Source: Chloroflexota bacterium (GTDB taxonomy: Bacteria > Chloroflexota > UBA11872 > VXOZ01). Taken from it: a stretch of 64,000 nt of DNA. Below, piece by piece: positions 20,822-29,599 of the stretch (its first letter is position 1; every line of letters begins with the position of its first letter). The DNA lies in the NCBI GenBank assembly GCA_964291655.2, contig OZ219802.1:544001-608000 (forward strand). The letters run 5' to 3'. Both the position numbers and the translations under genes were made by a program. A model generated the notes under the pieces. That model worked only from the letters and a program-made list of their open reading frames with translations, was not told where the DNA came from and ran no database searches.

Positions 20822-22099
20822 ATGCAAGAGCCTGGCAGGCCGGTACGAATTAGGGTAATCCCCCGCCCTCCACGGAGGCGCAGGAGGCCTTCCAGGTTGC
20901 CTCTTGCCGCCTTGCTCATTGTGCTCGGCGTGCTGATTGGGACCTTCGCCGCTTCCGCAAGCGGTGGGTGGTTTTTCACCTCATTTGAGCGAGACACCCC
21001 GCAGTTTCAGACGACGAGCCTGCAATCCGGGCAACAGCGCCAACCGGTACCGCAACCGGCCGAGCCTCCCCTAGATTCCTCAAGCAGCAACCAAGCGGGC
21101 GCCGCGCCAACGAAGCCAATCGCCATCGCTTCGGAACCTGAATCCCCTTCGCCTTTGGCTTCGGCTCCACTGCCAAGCTTCACACTCTTGCAGGGCGTAC
21201 GGCACGAGTATCAGGGGTGGAACAACTGCGCGCCAAGCTCTTTAGGCATGGTACTAAGCTACTACGGCCGCACGGAAGCGCAGGCGGACGTCGTTCCCTT
21301 CCTCAAGTCCGATCCCAATGACAAGAACGTCAGCCCGCATGAGTTCACAGCCTACGTCGAGAACATTGGCTTTCAGGCGCACGTCGGCGTGGGAGGCGAT
21401 CTAAACCTCTTGAAACGACTTTTGTCCGCTGGCTTCCCCGTCATTGTCGAGTTCTGGTTTGAACCGGAGCCAAATGATGGCATGGGTCATTACCGCGTGC
21501 TCTACGGCTACGATGATCAGTCGAAAGTGTTCCACGCTCACGACTCCTACGTGGGACCAAGTGTCACGGTATCCTACACAGATCTTGACTTAGAATGGCA
21601 GGTCTTCAATCGCACCTATGTGGTCATCTACCCTTCAGAGAGCCAAGCTGCTGTGGAGTCGGTCCTCACCGAGAGTAACAGAGGCAGGCAAATGTGGGAG
21701 CGGGCGCTGCACGTCGCCCAGCAGGAGCTTTCCCAAGACGAAAACAACGCTTTCGCCTGGTTCAATCTGGGTACGAACGCGCTCCAACTCGGCGACACCC
21801 ACCTGGCGGCCCAAGCCTTCGATTGGGCACGGCACTTAGGCCTGCCTTGGCGCATGATGTGGTATCAGTTCGGCCCGTTTGAAGCCTATTGGGTGCAAGG
21901 GCGATACGACGACGTGATTGCACTTGCTAATTCCCACTTAGGGGAGTCTTCCTCGGAGGAGTGGCACTATTGGCGAGGGCGCGCGCGGGAAATGACCGGA
22001 GATCTCGCGGGGGCGCGCAGCGACTTCATTGCGGCCATCGAACTGAATGCAAACTTTCTTGCCGCCAGAGAGGCTTTGGAAAAGAGCCAAGCCGCCTAG
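20822..22099 (+). CDS. Membrane-anchored C39-like cysteine peptidase with C-terminal TPR-like helices
   Basis: N-terminal TM, Pro/Ser linker, YQGWNNCAP (Cys), GHYRVLYGYDD (His), HDSY (Asp), TPR-like AWFNLG and WHYWRGRA. Confidence 0.8.
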   Translation: MQEPGRPVRIRVIPRPPRRRRRPSRLPLAALLIVLGVLIGTFAASASGGWFFTSFERDTPQFQTTSLQSGQQRQPVPQPAEPPLDSSSSNQAGAAPTKPIAIASEPESPSPLASAPLPSFTLLQGVRHEYQGWNNCAPSSLGMVLSYYGRTEAQADVVPFLKSDPNDKNVSPHEFTAYVENIGFQAHVGVGGDLNLLKRLLSAGFPVIVEFWFEPEPNDGMGHYRVLYGYDDQSKVFHAHDSYVGPSVTVSYTDLDLEWQVFNRTYVVIYPSESQAAVESVLTESNRGRQMWERALHVAQQELSQDENNAFAWFNLGTNALQLGDTHLAAQAFDWARHLGLPWRMMWYQFGPFEAYWVQGRYDDVIALANSHLGESSSEEWHYWRGRAREMTGDLAGARSDFIAAIELNANFLAAREALEKSQAA

Positions 22100-22137
22100 G
22101 AGAGCGCTATACGCGACAAAGCGAGGCGGGAAAGGGG

Positions 22138-22929
22138 CTAGTAGTGTATGTCCTTACCCATTGCCTTTACGCCCAATGAAAACTGGTCGATGGCGTCGCT
22201 AAGCATCCTGCGGGCCTCGCGATCGGAGGCAGCGCGCGCCACAAAATCGACAGGCATGTGCGTATCGGTGCGCAAGGCGACGTAGGCCTTGGCGTAGAGT
22301 CCGGGCAACTGCTCCATTGCGACTTCGATCAGTGGTGATACTTCGGATTCGCTCATGTTCACGAAGACGCGCCGGGCGGCGCTTCTAATCTCAAGCGATT
22401 CCGAAATGGCAGTCGCGACGTACCGGTCGAAGAGTGCTTCCATCTCGCGTGGGGGACCCGGCAAAACAAAGTAGGTAGTCTTCGCCTTCTTGACCTGAAT
22501 GCACGGCGCCCAGCCTGCGGGACTCGCCCACACCACCGCGCTTTCCGGCACGGTTGCCATCTTGCGCAGCCCATCGCTCAGTTCATCCTCGCCAATTTGC
22601 CGTCGGCGCATGTAGTCTTCCAGTAGACTACGGTCTTGGTAGGTGCCCTCGTTGAGCAGTTTGGCAAAAGCTTCAACCGTGAGGTCATCCGGCGTCGGTC
22701 CGAGCCCGCCGGTAACCACCACGAACTCTGTGCCGTCGTCGGCCGCTCCCTGCAGCACCGGGATCACCTCATCGAAGGTATCCGGAATCACCGTGATGCG
22801 CCGCACCTCCGCGCCCAACTCTGAAAGCTGCTGCGAGAGCCAGAACGAGTTGGTGTCCTGAATCCGACCCAGCACGAGTTCGGTGCCGACTGCAACAATT
22901 TGCACGGTAGGTACTTTAGGCTCTGCCAC
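22138..22929 (-). CDS. CinA N-terminal (molybdopterin-binding-fold) protein lacking the PncC domain
   Basis: VGTELVLGRIQDTNS, TGGLGPTPDDLT and LPGPPREM motifs; only 263 aa. Confidence 0.88.
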   Translation of the reverse strand: MAEPKVPTVQIVAVGTELVLGRIQDTNSFWLSQQLSELGAEVRRITVIPDTFDEVIPVLQGAADDGTEFVVVTGGLGPTPDDLTVEAFAKLLNEGTYQDRSLLEDYMRRRQIGEDELSDGLRKMATVPESAVVWASPAGWAPCIQVKKAKTTYFVLPGPPREMEALFDRYVATAISESLEIRSAARRVFVNMSESEVSPLIEVAMEQLPGLYAKAYVALRTDTHMPVDFVARAASDREARRMLSDAIDQFSLGVKAMGKDIHY

Positions 22930-22945
22930 GATTCACACACTCCCA

Positions 22946-24715
22946 TTAGGAAAAGAAAGGAATTCGCCAACCTTCCAAGGGCCCACGCACGTTCAGGACG
23001 TTCTTCTTTGTCTTGATATACCAACTGCCAATCTCGGAGAGGCGGGAGTCAACAGTTGGTAGGACTGTCGGAACCGTTACGCCGCGCACCGTCGTCCTGA
23101 CCGCGAAACTGTAGCGCGGGCTCAGTAGCATCAGACTGGGAACTTCCTCCGCAAATGCCCGTTGAAAGTCTACGTACATCCGTTTTCGTTCATTCTGGTC
23201 CAAGGTATTGCGGGCATTCTGCAGCGCCTCATCGACTCGGGGGTCAATGAAGCCGGAGAAATTCCAACCTTCAATCTGGCTGGAATGCCAGGTCAGGTAA
23301 GGATCGGGTTCTAAGCCGTTCAGCAACCACGTGTACAACGCAATGTCGAATTCATGGGTGAGCAAGAAGTCATTGAGCAGTCCGGAGGGCCCGGCAACTT
23401 GTATGTCCACCTCAAACCCGACTTGTCGCAACTGTTCAGAAATGGCTTCCGCGAGTTCAACGTGGCCTGGCAAGTCCGTGGCAAGCAAGGTAAGAGCGAG
23501 GCGCCCCTCGCCTTTTATTCGAACACCGTCCGGGCCCACGATCCAGCCCGTCTCCTCCAGTAGATACTTGCTGCGAGCTGGGTCGTACGGATAGCGTACA
23601 ACATCGGCGGAGTGTACTTGGGAAACCGGCAAAATCGGTCCTTCAAGCGGGTCTGCTATGCCACCTTGCACCTCTTCGGCCAGATATTCACGGTCTATGG
23701 CATGGGCGATGGCGTGTCGCACTCTGCGATCGAAAAACGGAGGACGACGCAAGTTGAAGTAGAGAACTGTATAGCCTGCCAACGACGCGCTGTACGTCTC
23801 TACATCCGCAATCTCTCTCACCCTGTCTATTTCCGCAGGCGGCAAGTAGCTCACGCCTTCCACTTCGCCGCGCTCAAGGGCTGTTATGGTAGCGCCCGCG
23901 TTTGGGTAGAATTTGAATTTTAGGAAGCGGATGCGGGGTAACTCGCCGAAATAGTCCTCATTTGCCCTGAGCAGCGCGAACTCTTCAGTCACCTCTTCAA
24001 CACGGTAAGGCCCTGTACCCACTGGCGCCAGGTTGAAGGGAGTGAGCAAGATTTGATCGGCGCTTACGCCCTCCAAGAGATGTTGCGGGAGAATCCCAAT
24101 CATCGCATATTCGAGCAGCGGAACGTACACATTATTCAGCAAGAAGATGCGTACGCTGCGGTTACCCTCACGTTCTGCCCGTACGTTGCTCCAAACCGGG
24201 TCATTGCGTGTGGGGCTCGTCAACAAGGCGTATGTAAAAAGCACATCGTCCACCGTGAACAGCGTGCCATCATGCCACCTGACACCCTCCCGGAGATGAA
24301 ATACGTAGGAACGACTCTGAGGGTCAATCTCCCATCGCGTCGCTAAGTCAGGCACTATCGTTCCGTCAGCAGCAAATCGCGTAAGGCCGTTGAAGATCAG
24401 TCCCGAGAGAGTGCGCGCCGTCTGGTCATTAGCGAGCATCGGCACCAGCGATGCAGGGGGGCCCAGCGTTCCCTCGATGTACGTGCCACCATAATCCGGA
24501 ACGTCTACGACGGTAGCAGCATACGCGAAGTATGCCAGCAGCGCCGCCGCCAACAGCGCGCCAATGCCGCCAACAATCACTATCCCGGATACGCGAGAGG
24601 AAGTGGGGGATTGCGTCGTAGACGGCGCCTGCGTCGAAGACGGCGACTGCATCGATGTCGACGATTGCGACGAGTTCGACGATTGCGACGAGTTCGACGC
24701 CAACCGATCTGTCAT
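22946..24715 (-). CDS. Peptide/nickel ABC transporter substrate-binding protein (family 5)
   Basis: IFNGLTR, PDLATRW, LREGVRWHDG, PVGTGPY and VRHAIAHAIDR motifs; N-terminal Ser/Gln repeat plus TM anchor. Confidence 0.9.
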   Translation of the reverse strand: MTDRLASNSSQSSNSSQSSTSMQSPSSTQAPSTTQSPTSSRVSGIVIVGGIGALLAAALLAYFAYAATVVDVPDYGGTYIEGTLGPPASLVPMLANDQTARTLSGLIFNGLTRFAADGTIVPDLATRWEIDPQSRSYVFHLREGVRWHDGTLFTVDDVLFTYALLTSPTRNDPVWSNVRAEREGNRSVRIFLLNNVYVPLLEYAMIGILPQHLLEGVSADQILLTPFNLAPVGTGPYRVEEVTEEFALLRANEDYFGELPRIRFLKFKFYPNAGATITALERGEVEGVSYLPPAEIDRVREIADVETYSASLAGYTVLYFNLRRPPFFDRRVRHAIAHAIDREYLAEEVQGGIADPLEGPILPVSQVHSADVVRYPYDPARSKYLLEETGWIVGPDGVRIKGEGRLALTLLATDLPGHVELAEAISEQLRQVGFEVDIQVAGPSGLLNDFLLTHEFDIALYTWLLNGLEPDPYLTWHSSQIEGWNFSGFIDPRVDEALQNARNTLDQNERKRMYVDFQRAFAEEVPSLMLLSPRYSFAVRTTVRGVTVPTVLPTVDSRLSEIGSWYIKTKKNVLNVRGPLEGWRIPFFS

Positions 24716-24734
24716 ACTCTACCCCTGCGGCGCT

Positions 24735-24950
24735 CTAAATGCGCACAAGGACAACGGATACGATGATGAAGAGCGTCGCGATCCCGATCGTGACATTGAA
24801 GAGTAAACGATCGACACCGCGCCGGGTGTTATGAATGGTGTCCGATCCGCCAAATGCCGAGCCCAGTGCAGCACCTCGCGCTTGCAAGAGCACCGCGGCA
24901 ACGAGCGCGACCGACAGAATTATCTGGATTACTTGCAGGTACTGTTGCAC
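24735..24950 (-). CDS. secG: Preprotein translocase subunit SecG
   Basis: Two TMs flanking VLLQARGAALGSAFGG and TRRGVDR; RBS AAGGAG. Confidence 0.9.
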   Translation of the reverse strand: MQQYLQVIQIILSVALVAAVLLQARGAALGSAFGGSDTIHNTRRGVDRLLFNVTIGIATLFIIVSVVLVRI

Positions 24951-26770
24951 TGTGTGGCGTTCTCCTTAATGTTCCTACCTGTCCCTCTGACGAATCTGTC
25001 TAAAGCATTGACCTGCAGTTGCGCGCGCGTCCTACCGACCTTGAACTTTACCGACCGAACCGACGCCACGCCTGCTTTCGAGGTTCCTTTGCTAAGTGTA
25101 TTGCTGGCTACATTATACCAACTTCCGCGCAGCAGTAGAGACCTATCCTTGCCGCACTTCCTCCAATGGAGACCTTTGCAAGACCCCACTTTCAAGCAGG
25201 GGCACTCCCTCTCCTGGGGAGGCTGTCTCAATATTTTGGTGCGGGGCACGGTGAATGGGGTGAGAAGGACAGACAGATGGCGGGTGGTATGAACAAGACG
25301 GTGCCAGTGAGAGACTCGTCCCCGGGGCGACGCTGGACTACACCCAGACCGCCACAGGGCGTGGAGGCTCTTGAGATTGAACGCGGTGGCCAGCAGGTGC
25401 CATTCGGACGTCACGTGGCTGCGGCCTCTGAGCAGGAAGCGCCTGGCACTGTGCCACTCCTTGAGCAGGCCAAAGACCGGCTCGACGATGGTACTCCGGC
25501 GGCGGTACACCTGCTTGGCAGGCGCGGTGGCCATCAACTGCCTGTGCCGTTGCAGTATTGGCTCGTAGGCGCTGATCTTTATGGAGCGGCCCCTCTGGGA
25601 GGAGGTGCAGACGCCGAAGGCCGGACAGGTTCTGCAGTCCCGGCCGTTGGCTTGGTACCGCTTGACCCGGTAGCCGTTGCTGTGGGTCAAGCGGTGCGTG
25701 TAGGTGAGCACCTTTTGCTGGGGACACAGGTAGGTGTCGGTCTCTGGACGGTAGGTGAAGTGGTCTTTATGGTAGGGGTTGCGGCGTCTGCGCTCGTGGG
25801 TCGTGGGCATCAATACCGTGTGGCCGCCGGCGTGGCACGTGGCGAGGTTGGCCCCCGAATGGTAGCCGGCGTCCGCAACGGTCACCACGTCCCGCGCGGC
25901 GTCGATGTTCTCCTGCGCCGCCTCGATCAGCGGCGCCAGGTGGGGATGGTCGTCGGCACTGGCGCTCACGTCCACGGCTGTGATCAACCTCCCCCCTGCG
26001 CCCTCGTCCGGGGACGCAAGAGGGGAGACCAGCGCCTGGGCGTTGTAGCCGGTGATGAAGCCACCCATGCCAGTCTTGAGCAGGGCCGCGTCCGCATCAG
26101 TCAGGTTCGTGTAGCGCGGCCCGTCCTCAGCCGCGACGCGGGCGAGCGCGTCGTCCACCCGCCGCCGCAGGGCCTGGGCATCGGCAAGTTCCTGCGGCAA
26201 AGTCGCTGGCGGCGCGTCGCCCCCCGTGGCGTTCTGCGCCTCCAGGTCCGCGATCGCTTGCTCGGTGCGGGACAACAGCCGCTGCAGCCCCTGCGCGTCG
26301 TGGGTATGCCGCGTCCCGGCGTTGGCCGCGATCCTGGTGCCGTCCACCGCCTGGATTGCCAACTCCACCAGGCCGGCTCGCACCGCCGTGCGCACCGTGC
26401 GCTTGAGCAGCGTCCGCATCCGGTCGCGGTGCGCCTTGTAGAAGCGCCACAGCGTGTTGTGGTCCGGCTGCTGCATCCCCACCAGCCACAGGTACGGTAC
26501 CTGATCCCGGCAGGCTGCCTCCAGCTTGCGGCTCGAGCGCACGCCGGTCATGAAGCCGTAGACCCATACGCCCAGCAGCGCGCGCGGATGGTAGGCCCCG
26601 GCGCCACGCGGATCGCCTTGCAGGTCAATCTCCATCGCCTCCCAGGCCGCAGCATCGAGGCTGTCCACGAACGCTGCCGCAAACCTGACAGGATGGTCGT
26701 CCGGGATCAGTTCGTCCAGCGTCGGCGGCAACAGCCAGGCCTGTTCACGACTAAACGGTCTCAACGGCAT
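24929..26770 (-). CDS. IS1182-family transposase (frame runs past the IS end)
   Basis: LIPDDHPVR, YHPRALL, SSRKLE, PDHNTLWRF, AVDGT, TDADA, ADAGY and RSTIVEPVFGLLK motifs. Confidence 0.92.
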   Translation of the reverse strand: MPLRPFSREQAWLLPPTLDELIPDDHPVRFAAAFVDSLDAAAWEAMEIDLQGDPRGAGAYHPRALLGVWVYGFMTGVRSSRKLEAACRDQVPYLWLVGMQQPDHNTLWRFYKAHRDRMRTLLKRTVRTAVRAGLVELAIQAVDGTRIAANAGTRHTHDAQGLQRLLSRTEQAIADLEAQNATGGDAPPATLPQELADAQALRRRVDDALARVAAEDGPRYTNLTDADAALLKTGMGGFITGYNAQALVSPLASPDEGAGGRLITAVDVSASADDHPHLAPLIEAAQENIDAARDVVTVADAGYHSGANLATCHAGGHTVLMPTTHERRRRNPYHKDHFTYRPETDTYLCPQQKVLTYTHRLTHSNGYRVKRYQANGRDCRTCPAFGVCTSSQRGRSIKISAYEPILQRHRQLMATAPAKQVYRRRSTIVEPVFGLLKEWHSARRFLLRGRSHVTSEWHLLATAFNLKSLHALWRSGCSPASPRGRVSHWHRLVHTTRHLSVLLTPFTVPRTKILRQPPQERECPCLKVGSCKGLHWRKCGKDRSLLLRGSWYNVASNTLSKGTSKAGVASVRSVKFKVGRTRAQLQVNALDRFVRGTGRNIKENATQCNSTCK

Positions 26771-27052
26771 CGTCACTACCTCTCTACAAACTATCCCACC
26801 ACCTCACCTTGCTTCTCTTCACACCAGTATATATCCAGTAGATCTATTTTTGAGACACCCTCTGGGGGAGAGGGTTGGGGTGAGGGGGTCTTTTTGCTAC
26901 GATGGCCCTTTACGCTGGGCAGTGTCAAGACGTATCAGGGCAGGTTTGGTGTGCAAATGGAGAGATTTCAGAAGATTCACCCTCACCCTAACCCTCTCCC
27001 ATCGAGGGAGAGGGGACATCCGCGCTGTGGCGAGGGTTATGCAAAGGTCTCC
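25168..27052. mobile_element. MITE copy 2, interrupted by the IS1182-type element
   Basis: GGAGACCTTTGCA ... TGCAAAGGTCTCC terminal inverted repeats with AAT on both flanks; internal sequence colinear with the intact copy at 29278-29538; 237 bp after removing the IS and its duplication. Confidence 0.85.
25219..26862 (-). mobile_element. IS1182-family insertion sequence
   Basis: Inverted repeats GAGGCTGTCTCAA / GAGGGTGTCTCAA; 4-bp duplication TGGG; removing it restores CTCCTGGGGGAGAGGG exactly as in MITE copy 3. Confidence 0.92.
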
Positions 27053-27381
27053 AATGGGTATGTTCAAGCTAGCGGAGCCTCTGCGTGCGCCAACTCTATT
27101 CTCATTTGGAAGCAGAGCGACCGCTCCGGAATTCATACTCCGGTCTATACCAGTTTGTCAGCACTCATCATACCCGCGCAGGTTCTTCTTCGTCATCTAG
27201 ACACCGCAATCCTCGCACGCATACCATCTGAAATTGTACGGCGCAGGATGAGCCGCTATGCTAGAACAAGAAACTTGAAACGTCGCGGCTTGCTTTAGTA
27301 CCAAGTCAATAGAAAAACGAGGGTTGGGCATTGCGAAAGGCCGTAACGGACCTGCCCGGAAGCTTGCGAGGAGACTGAATC

Positions 27382-28251
27382 ATGTACGAGAAGATCAGCG
27401 GCTTTAGTGATGAAATCGTCGACGACTTTGCCGAGCAACTCGACGCCATGCAAGAACTCGGCATCAAACACATCGAAGTGCGTAATCTTGCCGTCAACGG
27501 CAAGCCGAAAGCCGTTATCGTTGACCTCACCGAAGATGACTTGCACGCGGCTAAGCGTGAACTCGACAACCGCGGCATGCGCGTTTCGGCCATTGGCTCA
27601 CCCATTGGCAAGATTTCGACTACTGATGATTTCGATGCCCACATGGAACGCTTCAAGGGCGCGCTTCGTGCCGCTGATATCCTTGAAACCTCCTACATCC
27701 GGATGTTTTCATTCTTCATGCCGGAGGGCGAGGACCCGGCCCAGCACCGCGATGAGGTGATGCGCCGCCTGAACACCCTCTGCCAGGCAGCCCGCCAACA
27801 TCGGTCCGATATTCTTCTCTTGCACGAGAACGAGAGCGACATCTATGGCGATACGCCCTCGCGCTGCAAGGACATCTTTGAATCAGTAGGGGCTGAGAAC
27901 TTCCGTTTCACGCTCGACCCCGCAAACTTTGTCGCATGCGGTGTGAAACCGTTTACTGAGGCCTACCCGGCGCTGAAACCCTGGCTGCACTACGTGCACG
28001 TAAAAGACAAAGAGTCGCCTGATGGAAAAGTCGTAGTTGCCGGCGAGGGAAGCGCAGAGTGGCGGGAACTCTTGGGCGCCCTCAAAGCGGATGGGTACGA
28101 CGGCTTTTACTCGCTCGAGCCGCACCTGCAGGTTGCCGGGCGCTCTTTTGGCTATACCGGGCACGATCTCTTTGCCAAAGCGCACGGGGCACTCATTGAC
28201 TTGCTTACTGAAACGGGCTGGCAAGCGCCGTCTAATGTGAGCGCTTCCTAG
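27382..28251 (+). CDS. Sugar phosphate isomerase/epimerase (TIM barrel)
   Basis: SGFSDEI, GSPIGK, HENE, LDPANF, VHVKD and SLEPHL motifs. Confidence 0.88.
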   Translation: MYEKISGFSDEIVDDFAEQLDAMQELGIKHIEVRNLAVNGKPKAVIVDLTEDDLHAAKRELDNRGMRVSAIGSPIGKISTTDDFDAHMERFKGALRAADILETSYIRMFSFFMPEGEDPAQHRDEVMRRLNTLCQAARQHRSDILLLHENESDIYGDTPSRCKDIFESVGAENFRFTLDPANFVACGVKPFTEAYPALKPWLHYVHVKDKESPDGKVVVAGEGSAEWRELLGALKADGYDGFYSLEPHLQVAGRSFGYTGHDLFAKAHGALIDLLTETGWQAPSNVSAS

Positions 28252-28363
28252 ACCTGATTTACGTGCGGTCAGCCAAGGGATACAAGAAGGATTGCCACAA
28301 CGCGTAGTGGCGGCCAATTTGAATTCTGGCTCGTGGACCGAATCGTCCGGCCCGGCGACCTAA

Positions 28364-28738
28364 CTACGTATCCTTGATAGATGGCAACCTCGACTGCGCC
28401 TCGGCTTTGACTTGAAAACTTGGGCGCTTGCCGTGCCGCTTGGCGAGTTCTTGGTAAATATCCTCCGGTACGCCCCCGCTCTGTGCCAGCAACACCAAAC
28501 AGTGAAACCAGAGATCAGCCAACTCCGCCGTCAGTTCATCCGGTGTCTCATTCTTGGCCGCCAGCACCACCTCGATCGACTCTTCGCCAACTTTGCGGGC
28601 AATGCGATCAATTCCACCGCTTAGCAAGTGCGTGACATACGAACCCTCGGGCAGCAGCCGTTGCCGCTCACGAATAGTCTCAAACACCTCATCGAGTACC
28701 GACGCCGACGTTGCAGCGGGCGGCTTGTCTGCGGCCAT
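28364..28738 (-). CDS. hisE: Phosphoribosyl-ATP pyrophosphohydrolase
   Basis: PEGSYV, KVGEESIEVVLAAK and ELADLWFH motifs. Confidence 0.93.
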   Translation of the reverse strand: MAADKPPAATSASVLDEVFETIRERQRLLPEGSYVTHLLSGGIDRIARKVGEESIEVVLAAKNETPDELTAELADLWFHCLVLLAQSGGVPEDIYQELAKRHGKRPSFQVKAEAQSRLPSIKDT

Positions 28739-28740
28739 GG

Positions 28741-29106
28741 CTATTCCTCTTCAAGCGTACGGTAATAACAAGAAACACTACCGGTGTGGCACGTTGGACC
28801 TTCGGGCCGAGCCAGGATCAGCAGCGAGTTTTCTTCACAATTGCGGTACACTTGCACCACATTTAGGTAATTGCCGCTCGTTGCACCTTTGTGCCAAGGC
28901 TCCTGTCGGCTCCGACTCCAAAACCACACCTGTCCCGACGCCAGAGTCTTCGCCAACATCGCTTTTGTCATAAAGCCCAACATGAGCACCTGCTTCGTGT
29001 TCGCGTCCTGGACCACAGCAGGGACTAGCCCCTGGGCATCGAATTCGAGCCGCTCAAGAGCAGAATCTGTCGCACTCTCACTCATAGATATCGTTGCTTC
29101 GCTCAT
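28741..29106 (-). CDS. hisI: Phosphoribosyl-AMP cyclohydrolase
   Basis: GLVPAVVQD, WSRSRQEPWHKGATSG and PTCHTGSVSC motifs; start codon approximate. Confidence 0.92.
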   Translation of the reverse strand: MSEATISMSESATDSALERLEFDAQGLVPAVVQDANTKQVLMLGFMTKAMLAKTLASGQVWFWSRSRQEPWHKGATSGNYLNVVQVYRNCEENSLLILARPEGPTCHTGSVSCYYRTLEEE

Positions 29107-29277
29107 GATTCTCCTATGGTGCACTCCCACCGACAATACACCGCTCCACACACCTGTCACCGTGTCAATGCGAGATGCAGCGCATTCGCGACCCCAAAAT
29201 TATACCGCAGCGGCACTCAGCTAGTGTGAAAACGCTGCGCCAGCGAGTGCTGCAAGCCGTTTACCGTCTTTCCCTTT

Positions 29278-29538
29278 GGAGACCATTGCATAACCCCACA
29301 TTCAAGCAGGGGCACTCCCTCTCCTGGGGGAGAGGGTTGGGGTGAGGGGGTCTTTTTGCTACGATGGCCCTTCATCCTGGGCAGTGTCAAGACGTATAAG
29401 GCCAGAATCGGTGTGCATATGGAGAGATTTCAGGAGATCCACCCTCACCCCCGTATCACGTACGGGGCAGGCTCTAGACCTCTCCCGTCGAGGGAGAGGG
29501 AACTATTTCGCTACCGCTTGAGATGCACAAAGGTCTCC
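29278..29538. mobile_element. MITE copy 3 (uninterrupted, 261 bp)
   Basis: GGAGACCATTGCA ... CACAAAGGTCTCC ends with TTT on both flanks; two facing CCCTCACCC/CCCTCTCCC palindromic modules; no transposase. Confidence 0.85.
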
Positions 29539-29599
29539 TTTGGATGAGACTCCACCCCACCTGCGGCCCAGCAGCAAATGCGGACGGCGCGACGCTTCG

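Noticed and set aside
24564-24806. Plus-strand ORF with striking Cys/Asp repeats (DCVVDGACVEDGDCIDVDDCDEF)
   Set aside because: Antisense shadow of the 18-bp repeat in the ABC binding protein and of secG
25166-27298. 710-aa plus-strand ORF
   Set aside because: Antisense to the GC-rich IS1182 transposase and crosses IS and MITE boundaries; no recognisable motifs
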